NCBI GenBank assembly: GCA_016874685.1
Contig: VGTM01000033.1
Location: 1 to 16,985, forward strand
Length of the DNA stretch: 16,985 nucleotides
From: Methanobacteriota archaeon
Lineage (GTDB): Archaea; Methanobacteriota; Methanobacteria; Methanobacteriales; Methanobacteriaceae
Reading direction: 5' to 3'
In this document: one piece after another, positions 1 to 8,731 of the stretch
Numbering within the stretch: the first letter of the stretch is position 1
Layout of the letters: every line of letters starts with the position of its first letter
Program-made: the position numbers and the translations under genes
The notes under the pieces: generated by a model
Seen by the model: the letters and a program-made list of their open reading frames with translations, nothing else
What the model was told of the DNA's origin: nothing
The model's database searches: none

Positions 1-591
1 GTGGCTTCTGTTACAGGCGAAAGTGCAGTTAAAATAGCTGAAACTATTAAAAACAAGAATATAGTTTGTGTAACATGTCCTCAGGGAATGTACTGGGAAG
101 TTGACAAGATGGATAATGATCTTTTTGCCGAAATACCTGAATTAAGGGATGTTAGAGATGAATGGATCAAAAAAGGCTTAAAAAGAGTTCCGATGGATAT
201 TACTGAAGAAAATAAAATTAAATTAGAGGATTTCGAGATTCAAATTGTTCGTGGAACCATTCCTCTTTTCGGGCCAACTTTTTCTTTGAGATTACATCTC
301 CAAAAAGTGACATCACTTGATATAATGGCTAAAACACTAGAACTGATTTCTCCAGGGACGCTTGTGTGCATGGAAAGTGTTTTAATGGCTACTGATGCTG
401 GAGAAATCCCGGAAGATGAACTGGTGCTTGCCTGTGCCGGCACAGAAATGGGTCTGGATACAGCATGGGTCCTAAAAAGCTGCGCATCTGCAAATCTATT
501 CCATCCAATAAAAGGTTTTAGATTTGTTGAATTATTGGCAAAACCCGGTATTGCTTTAAATCCCGATATAAATATAGAATATCTAAGATAA
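1..591 (+). CDS. Conserved archaeal protein with pyruvate-kinase alpha/beta (PK_C)-like domain (COG1751-like); 5' end probably outside window
   Basis: Open frame runs from base 1 to TAA at 589-591. Motifs VLMATDAGEI, GTEMGLDTAWVLKSCAS and ELLAKPG match my recollection of the small archaeal PK_C-like family. No unambiguous start codon or RBS lies inside the window. Confidence 0.45.
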   Translation: MASVTGESAVKIAETIKNKNIVCVTCPQGMYWEVDKMDNDLFAEIPELRDVRDEWIKKGLKRVPMDITEENKIKLEDFEIQIVRGTIPLFGPTFSLRLHLQKVTSLDIMAKTLELISPGTLVCMESVLMATDAGEIPEDELVLACAGTEMGLDTAWVLKSCASANLFHPIKGFRFVELLAKPGIALNPDINIEYLR

Positions 592-610
592 ATAAAAAGG
601 AGCTATTTGA

Positions 611-1278
611 TGTTACCATACATCATTTTATATGGTGTATTAAGCCTTGATGGTCATATAACCGGTTTTAATGCATGTGGAGTTTTATTATGAAATGGCT
701 TCTAAATGGAATAGTGATGCGTACTTAGGGGAAGCAACACAGTTTAAACAGGATTCAACGGTGCGCCGGAGAAATTTTCGAAGAGAATGAAGAAGCTTTC
801 AAACTGCGAAAAAAAGATCCAAAAGATTCAAGACCATTATTGGTAGTTCCAGATAGCAAAGGACAGATCCGTATCTGGAATGGATTGTTTAAAATGCATT
901 ATATATGAAATTTGTAGTTTATGTTCCAAATCAACCCCTAAAGAATATCTGGGTTTTTTAGATAAGAGATTTACAGGTTACAAAATTGCAGGCTATGATC
1001 AGGTTGATTTACAGGGTGTTGGAAAAATTAAACACTGAATATGGAATAAAATTTATTAGAGTTGATAGTGGAGGTATTTTAAACGGTGTTCTACTTCGCC
1101 GGGTTTGGTGAATGAAGTTCACGTGCTAATCCATCCAGAATTTGTTGGTGGCACAAAACCAAGTTCTATTTTCCAGGTACCTGATTTAAATTCTTTAAAT
1201 CATGTTAAAAAAGTTAAGTTGATGCATATTGAGAAATTAAAGGATGATGTCATTTGGTTAAAATATATGGTACTTTAA
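611..1278 (+). pseudogene. Dihydrofolate reductase family (RibD C-terminal domain) gene, disrupted by several frameshifts and stops
   Basis: The N-terminal fragment MLPYIILYGVLSLDGHITGFNA (ATG 611) resembles the RibD_C start (..LDGyIag.ng). A middle fragment in another frame reads RVDSGGILNGVLLR. The C-terminal fragment GLVNEVHVLIHPEFVGGTKPSSIF...KLMHIEKLKDDVIWLKYMVL* ends at TAA 1276-1278. The three fragments are in different frames, and no intact ORF longer than 60 aa exists. Confidence 0.5.
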
Positions 1279-1374
1279 TTATTTTAGGTAAGTATCGAAT
1301 AGTTTTCACCATTTTCTAGTTTGCAATGTAAGAACCTGAACATCCTATTTATTAAGTGTTTAGAAGGGATTTCA

Positions 1375-2225
1375 ATGAATAAAAGTAAAATGCTCAAAAA
1401 ATTGCTCTCCTTTGGAGAAACTTTGGTCATGCCAGACGCTTATGACTCAATAAGTGCTAAATTAATTGGAAATGCTGGGTTTAACGCAATTCAGTGTTCA
1501 GGATACAGTTTTTTCATTGCAGCTGGTTACAAAAGAGAGACTGATGTTACTCTTAATGAGAATGTTGAATTAACTCGTAATATTGTAAAATCAGTGGACA
1601 TTCCAGTCATGGCTGATGCTGAAGATGGATATGGGGATGCTGGTGCTGTTAAAGATACGGTGAGGAAGTTTATTGAAGCTGGTGTGGCAGGACTTAGCAT
1701 TGAAGATCAAATACTGGATAAAGAGGATAGAAGAAAGGGAACCAGGATTATAAAATCTGAAAAGATGGTGGAGAAAATCATAGCTGCAAGAGAAGTTGCA
1801 GAAGCAGAAGGTTTCTCTGATTTATAATAAATGGAAGAACAGATGCCTTAAAAACCACCAACAATCCAAGTGAAGCTTTGGATATGGCCATAAAACGTGT
1901 TAATCTATACCTTGATGCTGGGGCAGATCTGGCATTCATTACATATGTTGAAACTTTAGATGAAGTTAAACAGATTATGAAAAAAGTAAAGGGACCTGTG
2001 AGCATAGCTGCAGGTATGCCATATAATATACGTGAATTTTCAATTGCTGATTTAAAGGAATGTGGTGTTGCAAGGGTGAGTTTGCCTACAATATTAATAT
2101 TCTCCAGTCTTCAGGCAATAAGCCGCTCTCTTAGACAGATTATGGAAGAAGATGGGTTTTCCAGTATCATTAAAGGTGAATTATTGTATTCTGACCATAA
2201 ATTGACTGATTTATTGAATAAATAA
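1375..2225 (+). pseudogene. Isocitrate lyase/PEP mutase superfamily enzyme (2-methylisocitrate lyase / carboxyvinyl-carboxyphosphonate phosphorylmutase-like), split by a 1-nt frameshift
   Basis: ATG 1375 has a GAAGGGA RBS. The N-terminal half (VMPDAYDSISAKL..., DIPVMADAEDGYGD, GVAGLSIEDQ) ends at TAA 1825-1827. The C-terminal half (NGRTDAL..., YLDAGADLAFI) continues in the +2 frame to TAA 2223-2225. The junction 'gat tta taa' would read D-F-I-I-N-G-R-T-D with one extra T in the T-run at 1821-1823. Confidence 0.7.
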
Positions 2226-2254
2226 CATCAAAAAAAATAAACAAATAAAATCTG

Positions 2255-3067
2255 GTGAAAAAAATGAGAGAAGACTATGTACACGGATATTCAAAAAAAG
2301 AAGCAGAAAGATTAGTTGATCAGGCTAATACATTAGCCCAAATATTACACTATGATACAAGTTTTCCTCCAGGAAGCCAAGTTTTAGAGGCAGGATGTGG
2401 TGTAGGTGCACAAACTGTTATATTGGCTAAAGGTAGTCCTGATGCACATATAACATCCATTGATATTTCTAAAGATTCGATAAATCAAGCAAAAACGTTA
2501 ATAGATGATAATAGAATTTCTAACGTCAAATTTCAGCTGGCAGACATTCATGATCTCCCGTTTGAGGATGAAAGCTTTGATCATATTTTTATCTGTTTTG
2601 TACTGGAGCATCTTCCAGATCCTCATGAAGCTCTGGAAAGTCTAAAAAGAGTACTAAAAAAAGGAGGCTCAATTACAGTTATAGAGGGCGATCATGGGTC
2701 TTGTTACTTCTATCCAGAGACAGAGGAAGCTTTAGCGGTTTGGAATTGTCTGATTGAAACTCAAAGAATATTAAACTGCAATTCACTGATGGGCAGGGAA
2801 ATTTATCCTTTATTAAAAAACGCAGAATTTAGGGATGTTCAGGTATCTGCGAGAATAGTTTATGTAGATAACAGCAAACCGGAACTAGTTGAAGGATTTA
2901 TCAAAAAGACCATAATAGCAATGGTGGAGGGTGTAAAGGATCAATCTCTTGATTTAGGATTAATCGACAAAAAAACATGGGAAAAAGGCATAAAAGATTT
3001 ATATAAAACCGCAGAACCTGACGGAACATTCTTTTATAATTTTTTCAAGGGAACAGGGACAAAATAG
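2255..3067 (+). CDS. Class I SAM-dependent methyltransferase
   Basis: Intact 270-aa ORF with a GGTGA RBS upstream of ATG. Motif I is LEAGCGVGAQT, there is an acidic residue after beta-2 (SIDIS), and a post-I motif DHIFICFVLEHL. Confidence 0.8.
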   Translation: MKKMREDYVHGYSKKEAERLVDQANTLAQILHYDTSFPPGSQVLEAGCGVGAQTVILAKGSPDAHITSIDISKDSINQAKTLIDDNRISNVKFQLADIHDLPFEDESFDHIFICFVLEHLPDPHEALESLKRVLKKGGSITVIEGDHGSCYFYPETEEALAVWNCLIETQRILNCNSLMGREIYPLLKNAEFRDVQVSARIVYVDNSKPELVEGFIKKTIIAMVEGVKDQSLDLGLIDKKTWEKGIKDLYKTAEPDGTFFYNFFKGTGTK

Positions 3068-3313
3068 ATATATAAACAGATATTATTCGTAAAATCAAAA
3101 ATAATCTGGTAAATTGATTTTTAATCTAAAATGAACCCTAATAAATTTATTTATTAAAGTGAAAACTAAACTATTTATTATTATAAAGAAAACTTATGTC
3201 AGGTTTATATACTTATTATAGTCGCAAAATAATCTGATAAAATCAATGAAATAACATCAGGGAATTATATCTAATAAAATAATAGTTGGTGGCCTTATGA
3301 ACAGATTTATAAA

Positions 3314-3736
3314 TTGAATTTAAAAATTGCTTTTCTAATCTATGTTATTATTGATGTTTTATGTGTAGGAATGGGAGTTCCTTTTTTCTGTATTTTATTA
3401 GGATTTCCTGTTGGATGGTATATCGCAAAGAGAATAACAACTGATAAAAAAGTTAATTCTAACCTAACTGAAATTTTAACTGAAATTTTCCGATATGCAG
3501 TCCTGACTTCTTTATTTACCTTCATTTTAATGTTGGTTATCTGGGGAAGTGTTGCTACCATGCTTTTAGACCCAAAAGCCGATTTCATAAATTTTGGGAT
3601 TCCAATGATTCTCTATGATCCCAAATTTGGCTTTATAGGCTGGCTGGGACTTATGATATTTATATCTCCATTCCTACAGTTCCTAATGACCATTTTTGCT
3701 TCCTATTTAGGTTTGATGAAGTGGTCAAAAAGTTAG
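3314..3736 (+). CDS. Hypothetical integral membrane protein (3-4 predicted TM helices)
   Basis: ORF of 140 aa dominated by hydrophobic segments. The start is uncertain (TTG 3314 or ATG 3371), with no strong RBS. Confidence 0.45.
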   Translation: MNLKIAFLIYVIIDVLCVGMGVPFFCILLGFPVGWYIAKRITTDKKVNSNLTEILTEIFRYAVLTSLFTFILMLVIWGSVATMLLDPKADFINFGIPMILYDPKFGFIGWLGLMIFISPFLQFLMTIFASYLGLMKWSKS

Positions 3737-3796
3737 TTAAAGTTAAAATTTAGTTAAAATTTACATTTGAGCAAATATTATGCATCAATTGTCTGT

Positions 3797-4054
3797 TCAA
3801 CGCTGTGATACGGTTTTGTAAAGGGCAAATATAACTATTAGATAGGCAAATGTTCTGATTATTATTAAACCCATTTCAGAGGTCTTATATCCAATAAGAA
3901 TTGCAAAATGTGAGATACCAAAGAGACCAAAAGCCAAACCAATGTAAAGAGGCAGGGCGTTATCTATCTTTTTATAAGCCCAATATCCCAATAAAACTAT
4001 TATTATGCAAAAAAACAGATTTATGGTGGTTAATGGATCCAAAGCATATGCCAT
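3797..4054 (-). CDS. Small hypothetical membrane protein (85 aa, ~3 TM)
   Basis: Strong RBS: on the minus strand GGGAGGTGA sits 6 nt upstream of the ATG at 4054. The product is hydrophobic. Confidence 0.55.
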   Translation of the reverse strand: MAYALDPLTTINLFFCIIIVLLGYWAYKKIDNALPLYIGLAFGLFGISHFAILIGYKTSEMGLIIIRTFAYLIVIFALYKTVSQR

Positions 4055-4159
4055 AAACTGTCACCTCCCTAAAGTTTATGTAAAAAATCACATATATAGG
4101 TTTTTAAATCATAAATAACAGTGATTATAGGGAATGAGTATAATAGAGAAAGTATAAAT

Positions 4160-4432
4160 ATGCCAAAGAAAGAATCAGTTTTAAAGAACTTGGAAGAAAT
4201 TTCTGGTGTTGGCAAGAAAATTGCACAGGACCTATAGGATTTGGGTTTTCGCTCAGTTCATGAATTAAAGGACAGAGACCCTGGAAAACTCTACATGAAG
4301 TTTTGTAAATTGGAAGACAGACCGGTCGATAGATGTATGCTTTATGTTTTCCGATGTGCAGTTTATTATGCATCTAACAGGGAACATGACCCACAACTAC
4401 TTAACTGGTGGAACTGGAAGGATAATAAATGA
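4160..4432 (+). pseudogene. Helix-hairpin-helix domain protein (Cdd1 / 'pathogenicity locus' family) with an in-frame TAG at 4235-4237
   Basis: ATG 4160 reads MPKKESVLKNLEEISGVGKKIAQDL-TAG-DLGFRSVHELKDRDPGKLY...NWWNWKDNK in a single frame. This matches my recollection of the HhH small-protein family (GVGKKIA hairpin). The TAG interrupts codon 26. Confidence 0.6.
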
Positions 4433-4498
4433 TAAATTATGATATTCAAACCATAAACACCTTTAAAGGGGAGTGACGCGATTAAAGTCAATATAATA

Positions 4499-4852
4499 TT
4501 GGTTTTTATTGTATTGTTATTTTTGGGTGTTGTATTTGGTATCTATTTTGCAACAGCAGATACAAAGACCAGTATCAGTGGCAATATCACTAACATTTAC
4601 CATGATGGGAGAGGAGGAAATAATACAGCTGGTTCTATCATGATCAACGGAGTTGTCAACGGACATAACCAAAATGTGTCAGTTAAAGTGACCAAAGATA
4701 CTCAGATTTTCCTGAAAAAGGGAAATGATCGCCAAACAGTGACGTTTGAAACTCTCCAGGTGGGTCAAAAGGTAGAAATTAAAATCACAGGCTCTATAAT
4801 CCAAACTTATCCCCCCCAGGCAACAGCATTGGAAATCCTGATTTTGGAATAG
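4499..4852 (+). CDS. Hypothetical signal-anchored protein with beta-rich extracytoplasmic domain
   Basis: The N-terminal hydrophobic helix VFIVLLFLGVVFGIYFA is followed by a polar domain (VSVKVTKDTQIF...VGQKVEIKITG). The start is TTG 4499, with no in-frame ATG upstream and a GGGGAGTGA 23 nt upstream. Confidence 0.45.
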   Translation: MVFIVLLFLGVVFGIYFATADTKTSISGNITNIYHDGRGGNNTAGSIMINGVVNGHNQNVSVKVTKDTQIFLKKGNDRQTVTFETLQVGQKVEIKITGSIIQTYPPQATALEILILE

Positions 4853-4974
4853 ATTTCAAAATTACATCTTTTATAAGATTTTTTATAATTTTTATTTAAG
4901 TTTTAATTCAAGATAAAATTCACATATTAACTCTGTAAGATTTAAATATAAACAAAAATGCAAGTTTAATACCT

Positions 4975-5035
4975 GCCAAGGAGCTAAGAGGCGAAGCGGT
5001 GGACTGCATACATTAAAGGTGAGTTTAGATCTTCC
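4975..5035 (+). pseudogene. Degenerate partial copy of tRNA-Cys (5' half near-identical, 3' half decayed)
   Basis: GCCAAGGAGCTAAGAGGCGAAGCGGTGGACTGCA is near-identical (about 2 substitutions and 1 indel) to bases 1-35 of the intact tRNA-Cys at 7665. The following T-arm-like GGTGAGTTTAGATCT is degenerate, and no acceptor 3' strand is present. Confidence 0.6.
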
Positions 5036-5155
5036 TGTATGTATTCCTGAAAAACTGTTAGAATCTGCAAATATCAATGATGGGATTATGTAGAAGTTAA
5101 AATTAGGAAATTAAATAGAAAGGAAATAGATTAAAAAAATAAGGGCCGGATCTAA

Positions 5156-5737
5156 ATGGATAATATCGAAATTAGAAGAAAAATCTTAGAAAAATTGTAT
5201 GATACTGAAAAGATAAATCCTGGAAACATAATATCAAGTATTGACCTTGGTAACGAATTAAATATTTCTAATGAAGATTTAGGATTTAATATTAAATATT
5301 TAAAGGAAAAACAGTTTATTAATGCCGAGCAAATGGCTACTCCATTCTATTCCGCTCTTTTAAGCATTGCTCCCTATGGTATCGATATAGTTGAAGATGA
5401 AAATGAATTTAATAGAAGTTTTCCTTTAATGAATATAACAAATATTCGCAATAGTAAAGGCGTGGTAATAAATTCCGATAACGTTAAGATTGATATCAGT
5501 GAAAATATCAACATAAAAGACAGTTTTAATGAAATATATAATGAAATTGATAATCATATTAATGCAAAAGAAGTTGAACAACGAATTAAAGCAATTGAAG
5601 AAGAATTAAGCAAGGATAAAATTAGTACATCTAAAATAAAAGAATCCACAAACTGGCTTCATAAAAATGCTAATTGGACTATACTTCCATTAATTCAGAT
5701 TTTTCTTAGTTTATATGGGCTCACTTTACCTCGTTAA
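5156..5737 (+). CDS. Hypothetical protein: N-terminal winged-helix-like segment, C-terminal transmembrane anchor
   Basis: ORF of 193 aa with ATG 5156. The N-terminus IRRKILEKLYD...SSIDLGNELNISNEDLGFNIKYLKEKQFI has a wHTH-like pattern. The final 25 aa are hydrophobic (WTILPLIQIFLSLYGLTL). Confidence 0.5.
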   Translation: MDNIEIRRKILEKLYDTEKINPGNIISSIDLGNELNISNEDLGFNIKYLKEKQFINAEQMATPFYSALLSIAPYGIDIVEDENEFNRSFPLMNITNIRNSKGVVINSDNVKIDISENINIKDSFNEIYNEIDNHINAKEVEQRIKAIEEELSKDKISTSKIKESTNWLHKNANWTILPLIQIFLSLYGLTLPR

Positions 5738-5814
5738 AAAAAGAGAAATAATTTAAATTATCTTTTATAGGACATTGCTCTGTAAATCTGTTTTACATAG
5801 TTTCTTAAGATTAT

Positions 5815-7359
5815 CTATTCTTTACTTCTTTTTTCTATTCCTTTTTGAACTTCAACAGCTTTCTTTCCAATTTCTTTTATAAAATAATGTATTACTTTCA
5901 TTTGAGTTAAGCTTTCAAAATCAGGTTTAAAGCTCAATAAACAATTAGTGACATGCATTAAAGAAATAGCTGTATTTTGAAGTGGATCTGCAAGACCATA
6001 ATTTGAAGCTCCAATATGCAAAATCTTATTCTGAGAATCATCCATTAATCCCATACTATGAAAGCCTCTGGAACTTCCATGAACATGTGCTGATGATAAT
6101 TTATAAAATGGACGTAACCTATCAAGCCCTATATATCCCTCTAAACCTCTAAAAGACCGATCCAATCCTTTAAAGTTAGGTATCCATCCATTATCTCCAT
6201 AATAATCACTACCATATTTATTACATAGATAATCCTTTCTTTCTTTCAGTTTATCCAAAGTTTCTTTTTTATGTGGAGCATAGCCTAATTTTTCACACTG
6301 TTCTTGATAAATCAAGGCTTCTTTGTATCTCATTATACTTTCATGTTCTAAATATCTTTGAGAAACAATATTATCATTATCTGATAAAAAAATGGAAATC
6401 ACTGCAAGTTCATGTAAACTTCTCCATCTAGCATTAGCACCATTAGGATATCCTGCCTTTAATAATGTGAGAGCTTCATTACTTATTTGCAAAGCCCTAG
6501 CATGAATTCTAATAAGAGTATTAAACTTAATATCTTCTCTAAAACCTTTTTGGGTAACTTTTTTTCTGTGATTATCAACTGAATCCAATGAAACCCTAAT
6601 TAAACACTCTAATAAATCTAAGGGTTCTTCCCAGTCTTTATATAAAATAGACTCAAATTCCTCTCTATATCCTTTCTGTTCAGTTAACATCTCTTTACTG
6701 AGATCTTTAAATGATTTAAAATAAATTTGAGCAAGTCCAGGTATCAATTTGTTAGCAAGACCATTTTTTAATTTATTCATGTCTTTACCAAATGAAAATG
6801 TATTGTTTTTTTTAATATTAGCTGCTATTATTGCTGTCATTATTTTTGAATGTAAATCTCTGTCAGTTCGTCCTGATTTTTTAATTTCTTCTTTTTTTTC
6901 TTTTAGATATTTTTTGCTTCGATTTATATCAATTTCTTTTTCTAATTGCGCAATTAAATTAAGGATTTTTGGAAAATCACTTTGCAATCTTGCCTTAAAA
7001 TTATTGTAATATTCTACATCGATTTTTTTCACTTTTTTTTCATCTTTAACGTGAATAATTGAGTCTACATCTTTTTGGACATCTTCATATTTATTTTTTA
7101 TATTTTCACGCATATCTATTGATAATCCATATTCTTCAAGGTTTTCTGGAGTTAAATTACTAAAAAAATTGTCAATAAATGTAGCATAAAAGAAAGACTC
7201 AAATAATTCAAAAAAATAATTCTGTAGAATTTCTGATTTATCATATTCATTAAGCATCTCAACAAATTGACTAAATAATTCATCCAATTCCGCATAAAAC
7301 TTTTCAGTCATAATACTTAATTTATTAAAATCAATTAATATTTTTCCATTTTCTTCCAT
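5815..7359 (-). CDS. Large hypothetical protein with a K/E-rich coiled-coil-like N-terminal half and a C-terminal region carrying an Rx4H (HEPN-like) motif; possible defense/abortive-infection type protein
   Basis: Long open frame of 514-525 aa. The first ATG is at 7359 (MEENGKIL); the frame opens further at TTG 7392. The motif ALTLLKAGYPNGANARWRSLHELAV matches the HEPN Rx4-6H pattern. The gene has very low GC compared with its neighbours. Confidence 0.55.
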   Translation of the reverse strand: MEENGKILIDFNKLSIMTEKFYAELDELFSQFVEMLNEYDKSEILQNYFFELFESFFYATFIDNFFSNLTPENLEEYGLSIDMRENIKNKYEDVQKDVDSIIHVKDEKKVKKIDVEYYNNFKARLQSDFPKILNLIAQLEKEIDINRSKKYLKEKKEEIKKSGRTDRDLHSKIMTAIIAANIKKNNTFSFGKDMNKLKNGLANKLIPGLAQIYFKSFKDLSKEMLTEQKGYREEFESILYKDWEEPLDLLECLIRVSLDSVDNHRKKVTQKGFREDIKFNTLIRIHARALQISNEALTLLKAGYPNGANARWRSLHELAVISIFLSDNDNIVSQRYLEHESIMRYKEALIYQEQCEKLGYAPHKKETLDKLKERKDYLCNKYGSDYYGDNGWIPNFKGLDRSFRGLEGYIGLDRLRPFYKLSSAHVHGSSRGFHSMGLMDDSQNKILHIGASNYGLADPLQNTAISLMHVTNCLLSFKPDFESLTQMKVIHYFIKEIGKKAVEVQKGIEKRSKE

Positions 7360-7618
7360 CTTTACTTGAAATCTTAGACTGCCGAATACCAACTCTCAAA
7401 GTTTCACCTTTACGTCTGGCCCTTAAAAATTTCCTCTGGGTTTCTTCAATAGCTTCCATTAGGCGCATATATTTTGTTTCAGGCGAAATAACTTTATTGT
7501 ACTTAGAATGGCTATAATCAATATTAAATAAAACGACATTAGATATTTTTAAATATAAATAGGGTATAATTAAACCATATTTAAATTTCATTATTTTAAA
7601 AATTGTTTCACTCCACAA
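7331..7618 (-). CDS. Small ORF (95 aa, TTG start) overlapping the 5' end of the large Rx4H gene; possibly spurious
   Basis: ORF only, with no RBS. The first ATG is internal and the product is basic. Confidence 0.2.
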   Translation of the reverse strand: MWSETIFKIMKFKYGLIIPYLYLKISNVVLFNIDYSHSKYNKVISPETKYMRLMEAIEETQRKFLRARRKGETLRVGIRQSKISSKDGRKWKNIN

Positions 7619-7664
7619 GATTTAAATACCAACAATATATAATGTATTTAATGCGCTATGGTAT

Positions 7665-7736
<72 letters not shown>

Positions 7737-7780
7737 TCTTAAATTCTTTAAAGCATAAAATCTCAGATTTTTAAATTTGT

Positions 7781-7919
<139 letters not shown>

Positions 7920-7925
7920 TCACCC

Positions 7926-7937
7926 TCTTTTTTTTAT
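7926..7937 (+). terminator. Oligo-T tract (9 T) immediately after tRNA-Trp; archaeal-type terminator
   Basis: ctcttttttttta directly follows the tRNA 3' end. Confidence 0.4.
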
Positions 7938-7990
7938 TGATATTACATTTAAAATTAGAATAAACCAAAAAAGTATCTCTGGTGGATAAA

Positions 7991-8611
7991 ATGGAAAAGA
8001 TCAATGATGTCTTCATAATTGAAGGAGTGGGTTTTGATTCTAATGTTTATATCATCCATGACATGATCGTTGATACTGGAACAGGAGAAAACATTCAATA
8101 TATATTAAATTCTGTTAAAAAAGCGGGTCTTAGAGTTGAGGACATATCAATGGTTTTAAATACACACTGTCATTTTGATCATACTGGAGGTAACCCCTAT
8201 TTTCCATCTGCCAAAATAGCCATTCATAAAGACGATGCCTCTGCACTGGAGGAAAGTGACGGTGTTAAAACCCTTGGTTTTATGTTTAAAAGATCATTTG
8301 AACCAATGAAAGTTGATGTTTATTTGAATGAAGGTGATAGAATTGGCAATTTTGAAGTTATTCACACTCCAGGACATACCATGGGTTCTATCTGTCTTTA
8401 TGATGGGGAAATTTTAATATGTGGGGACACAGTTTTTGCAAATGGAGGTTTCGGCAGAGTGGATCTTGGTGGAGACTTAAAAATGATGCAAAAATCTTTA
8501 GAGAGGCTCAGTAAGCTGGATATAGAATATCTTCTCCCTGGACACGGACCATGGGTCAATAATGGATCTCAACACGTAAAATGGGCATATGATCTTTTAA
8601 AAGAATTTTAG
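7991..8611 (+). CDS. MBL-fold metallo-hydrolase
   Basis: HCHFDHTGG (the HxHxDH motif), a later His (HTPGH), and a C-terminal PGHG. A GGTGGA RBS sits 4 nt before ATG 7991, and the frame also opens at GTG 7982. Confidence 0.85.
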   Translation: MEKINDVFIIEGVGFDSNVYIIHDMIVDTGTGENIQYILNSVKKAGLRVEDISMVLNTHCHFDHTGGNPYFPSAKIAIHKDDASALEESDGVKTLGFMFKRSFEPMKVDVYLNEGDRIGNFEVIHTPGHTMGSICLYDGEILICGDTVFANGGFGRVDLGGDLKMMQKSLERLSKLDIEYLLPGHGPWVNNGSQHVKWAYDLLKEF

Positions 8612-8731
8612 AGGAATAAACTGATTCATTTAATCTGCAATTTTTTATTTAAGAATTTAAGGTAAATTTTCAAATAATAGACAAATTTATACAAAATAAT
8701 AATTTTAATGGCTTAAATCCTTAATACTTAA

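Noticed and set aside
240-443. 67-aa ORF on the minus strand
   Set aside because: Lies entirely antisense within the well-supported PK_C-like coding frame. It has no RBS and Ser-rich low-complexity translation.
1778-2005. 75-aa minus-strand ORF
   Set aside because: Antisense to the isocitrate-lyase-family gene, spanning its frameshift. There are no start signals.
3340-3588. 82-aa minus-strand ORF
   Set aside because: Antisense to the membrane-protein gene at 3314-3736. Spurious in an AT-rich frame.
4235-4237. TAG as pyrrolysine codon
   Set aside because: Sequence features (AT-rich, Methanobacteriales-like signals) do not suggest a Pyl-decoding lineage, and no pyl genes are in the window. 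Nonsense mutation or sequencing error is more parsimonious.
4125-4373. 82-aa minus-strand ORF
   Set aside because: Antisense to the conserved HhH gene. The HhH frame has clear family similarity.
4892-5077. 61-aa minus-strand ORF
   Set aside because: Overlaps the tRNA-Cys remnant and AT-rich intergenic DNA. No signals.
6749-7009. 86-aa plus-strand ORF
   Set aside because: Embedded antisense in the 525-aa Rx4H gene. Poly-Lys codons on the opposite strand give Phe/Leu-rich junk.
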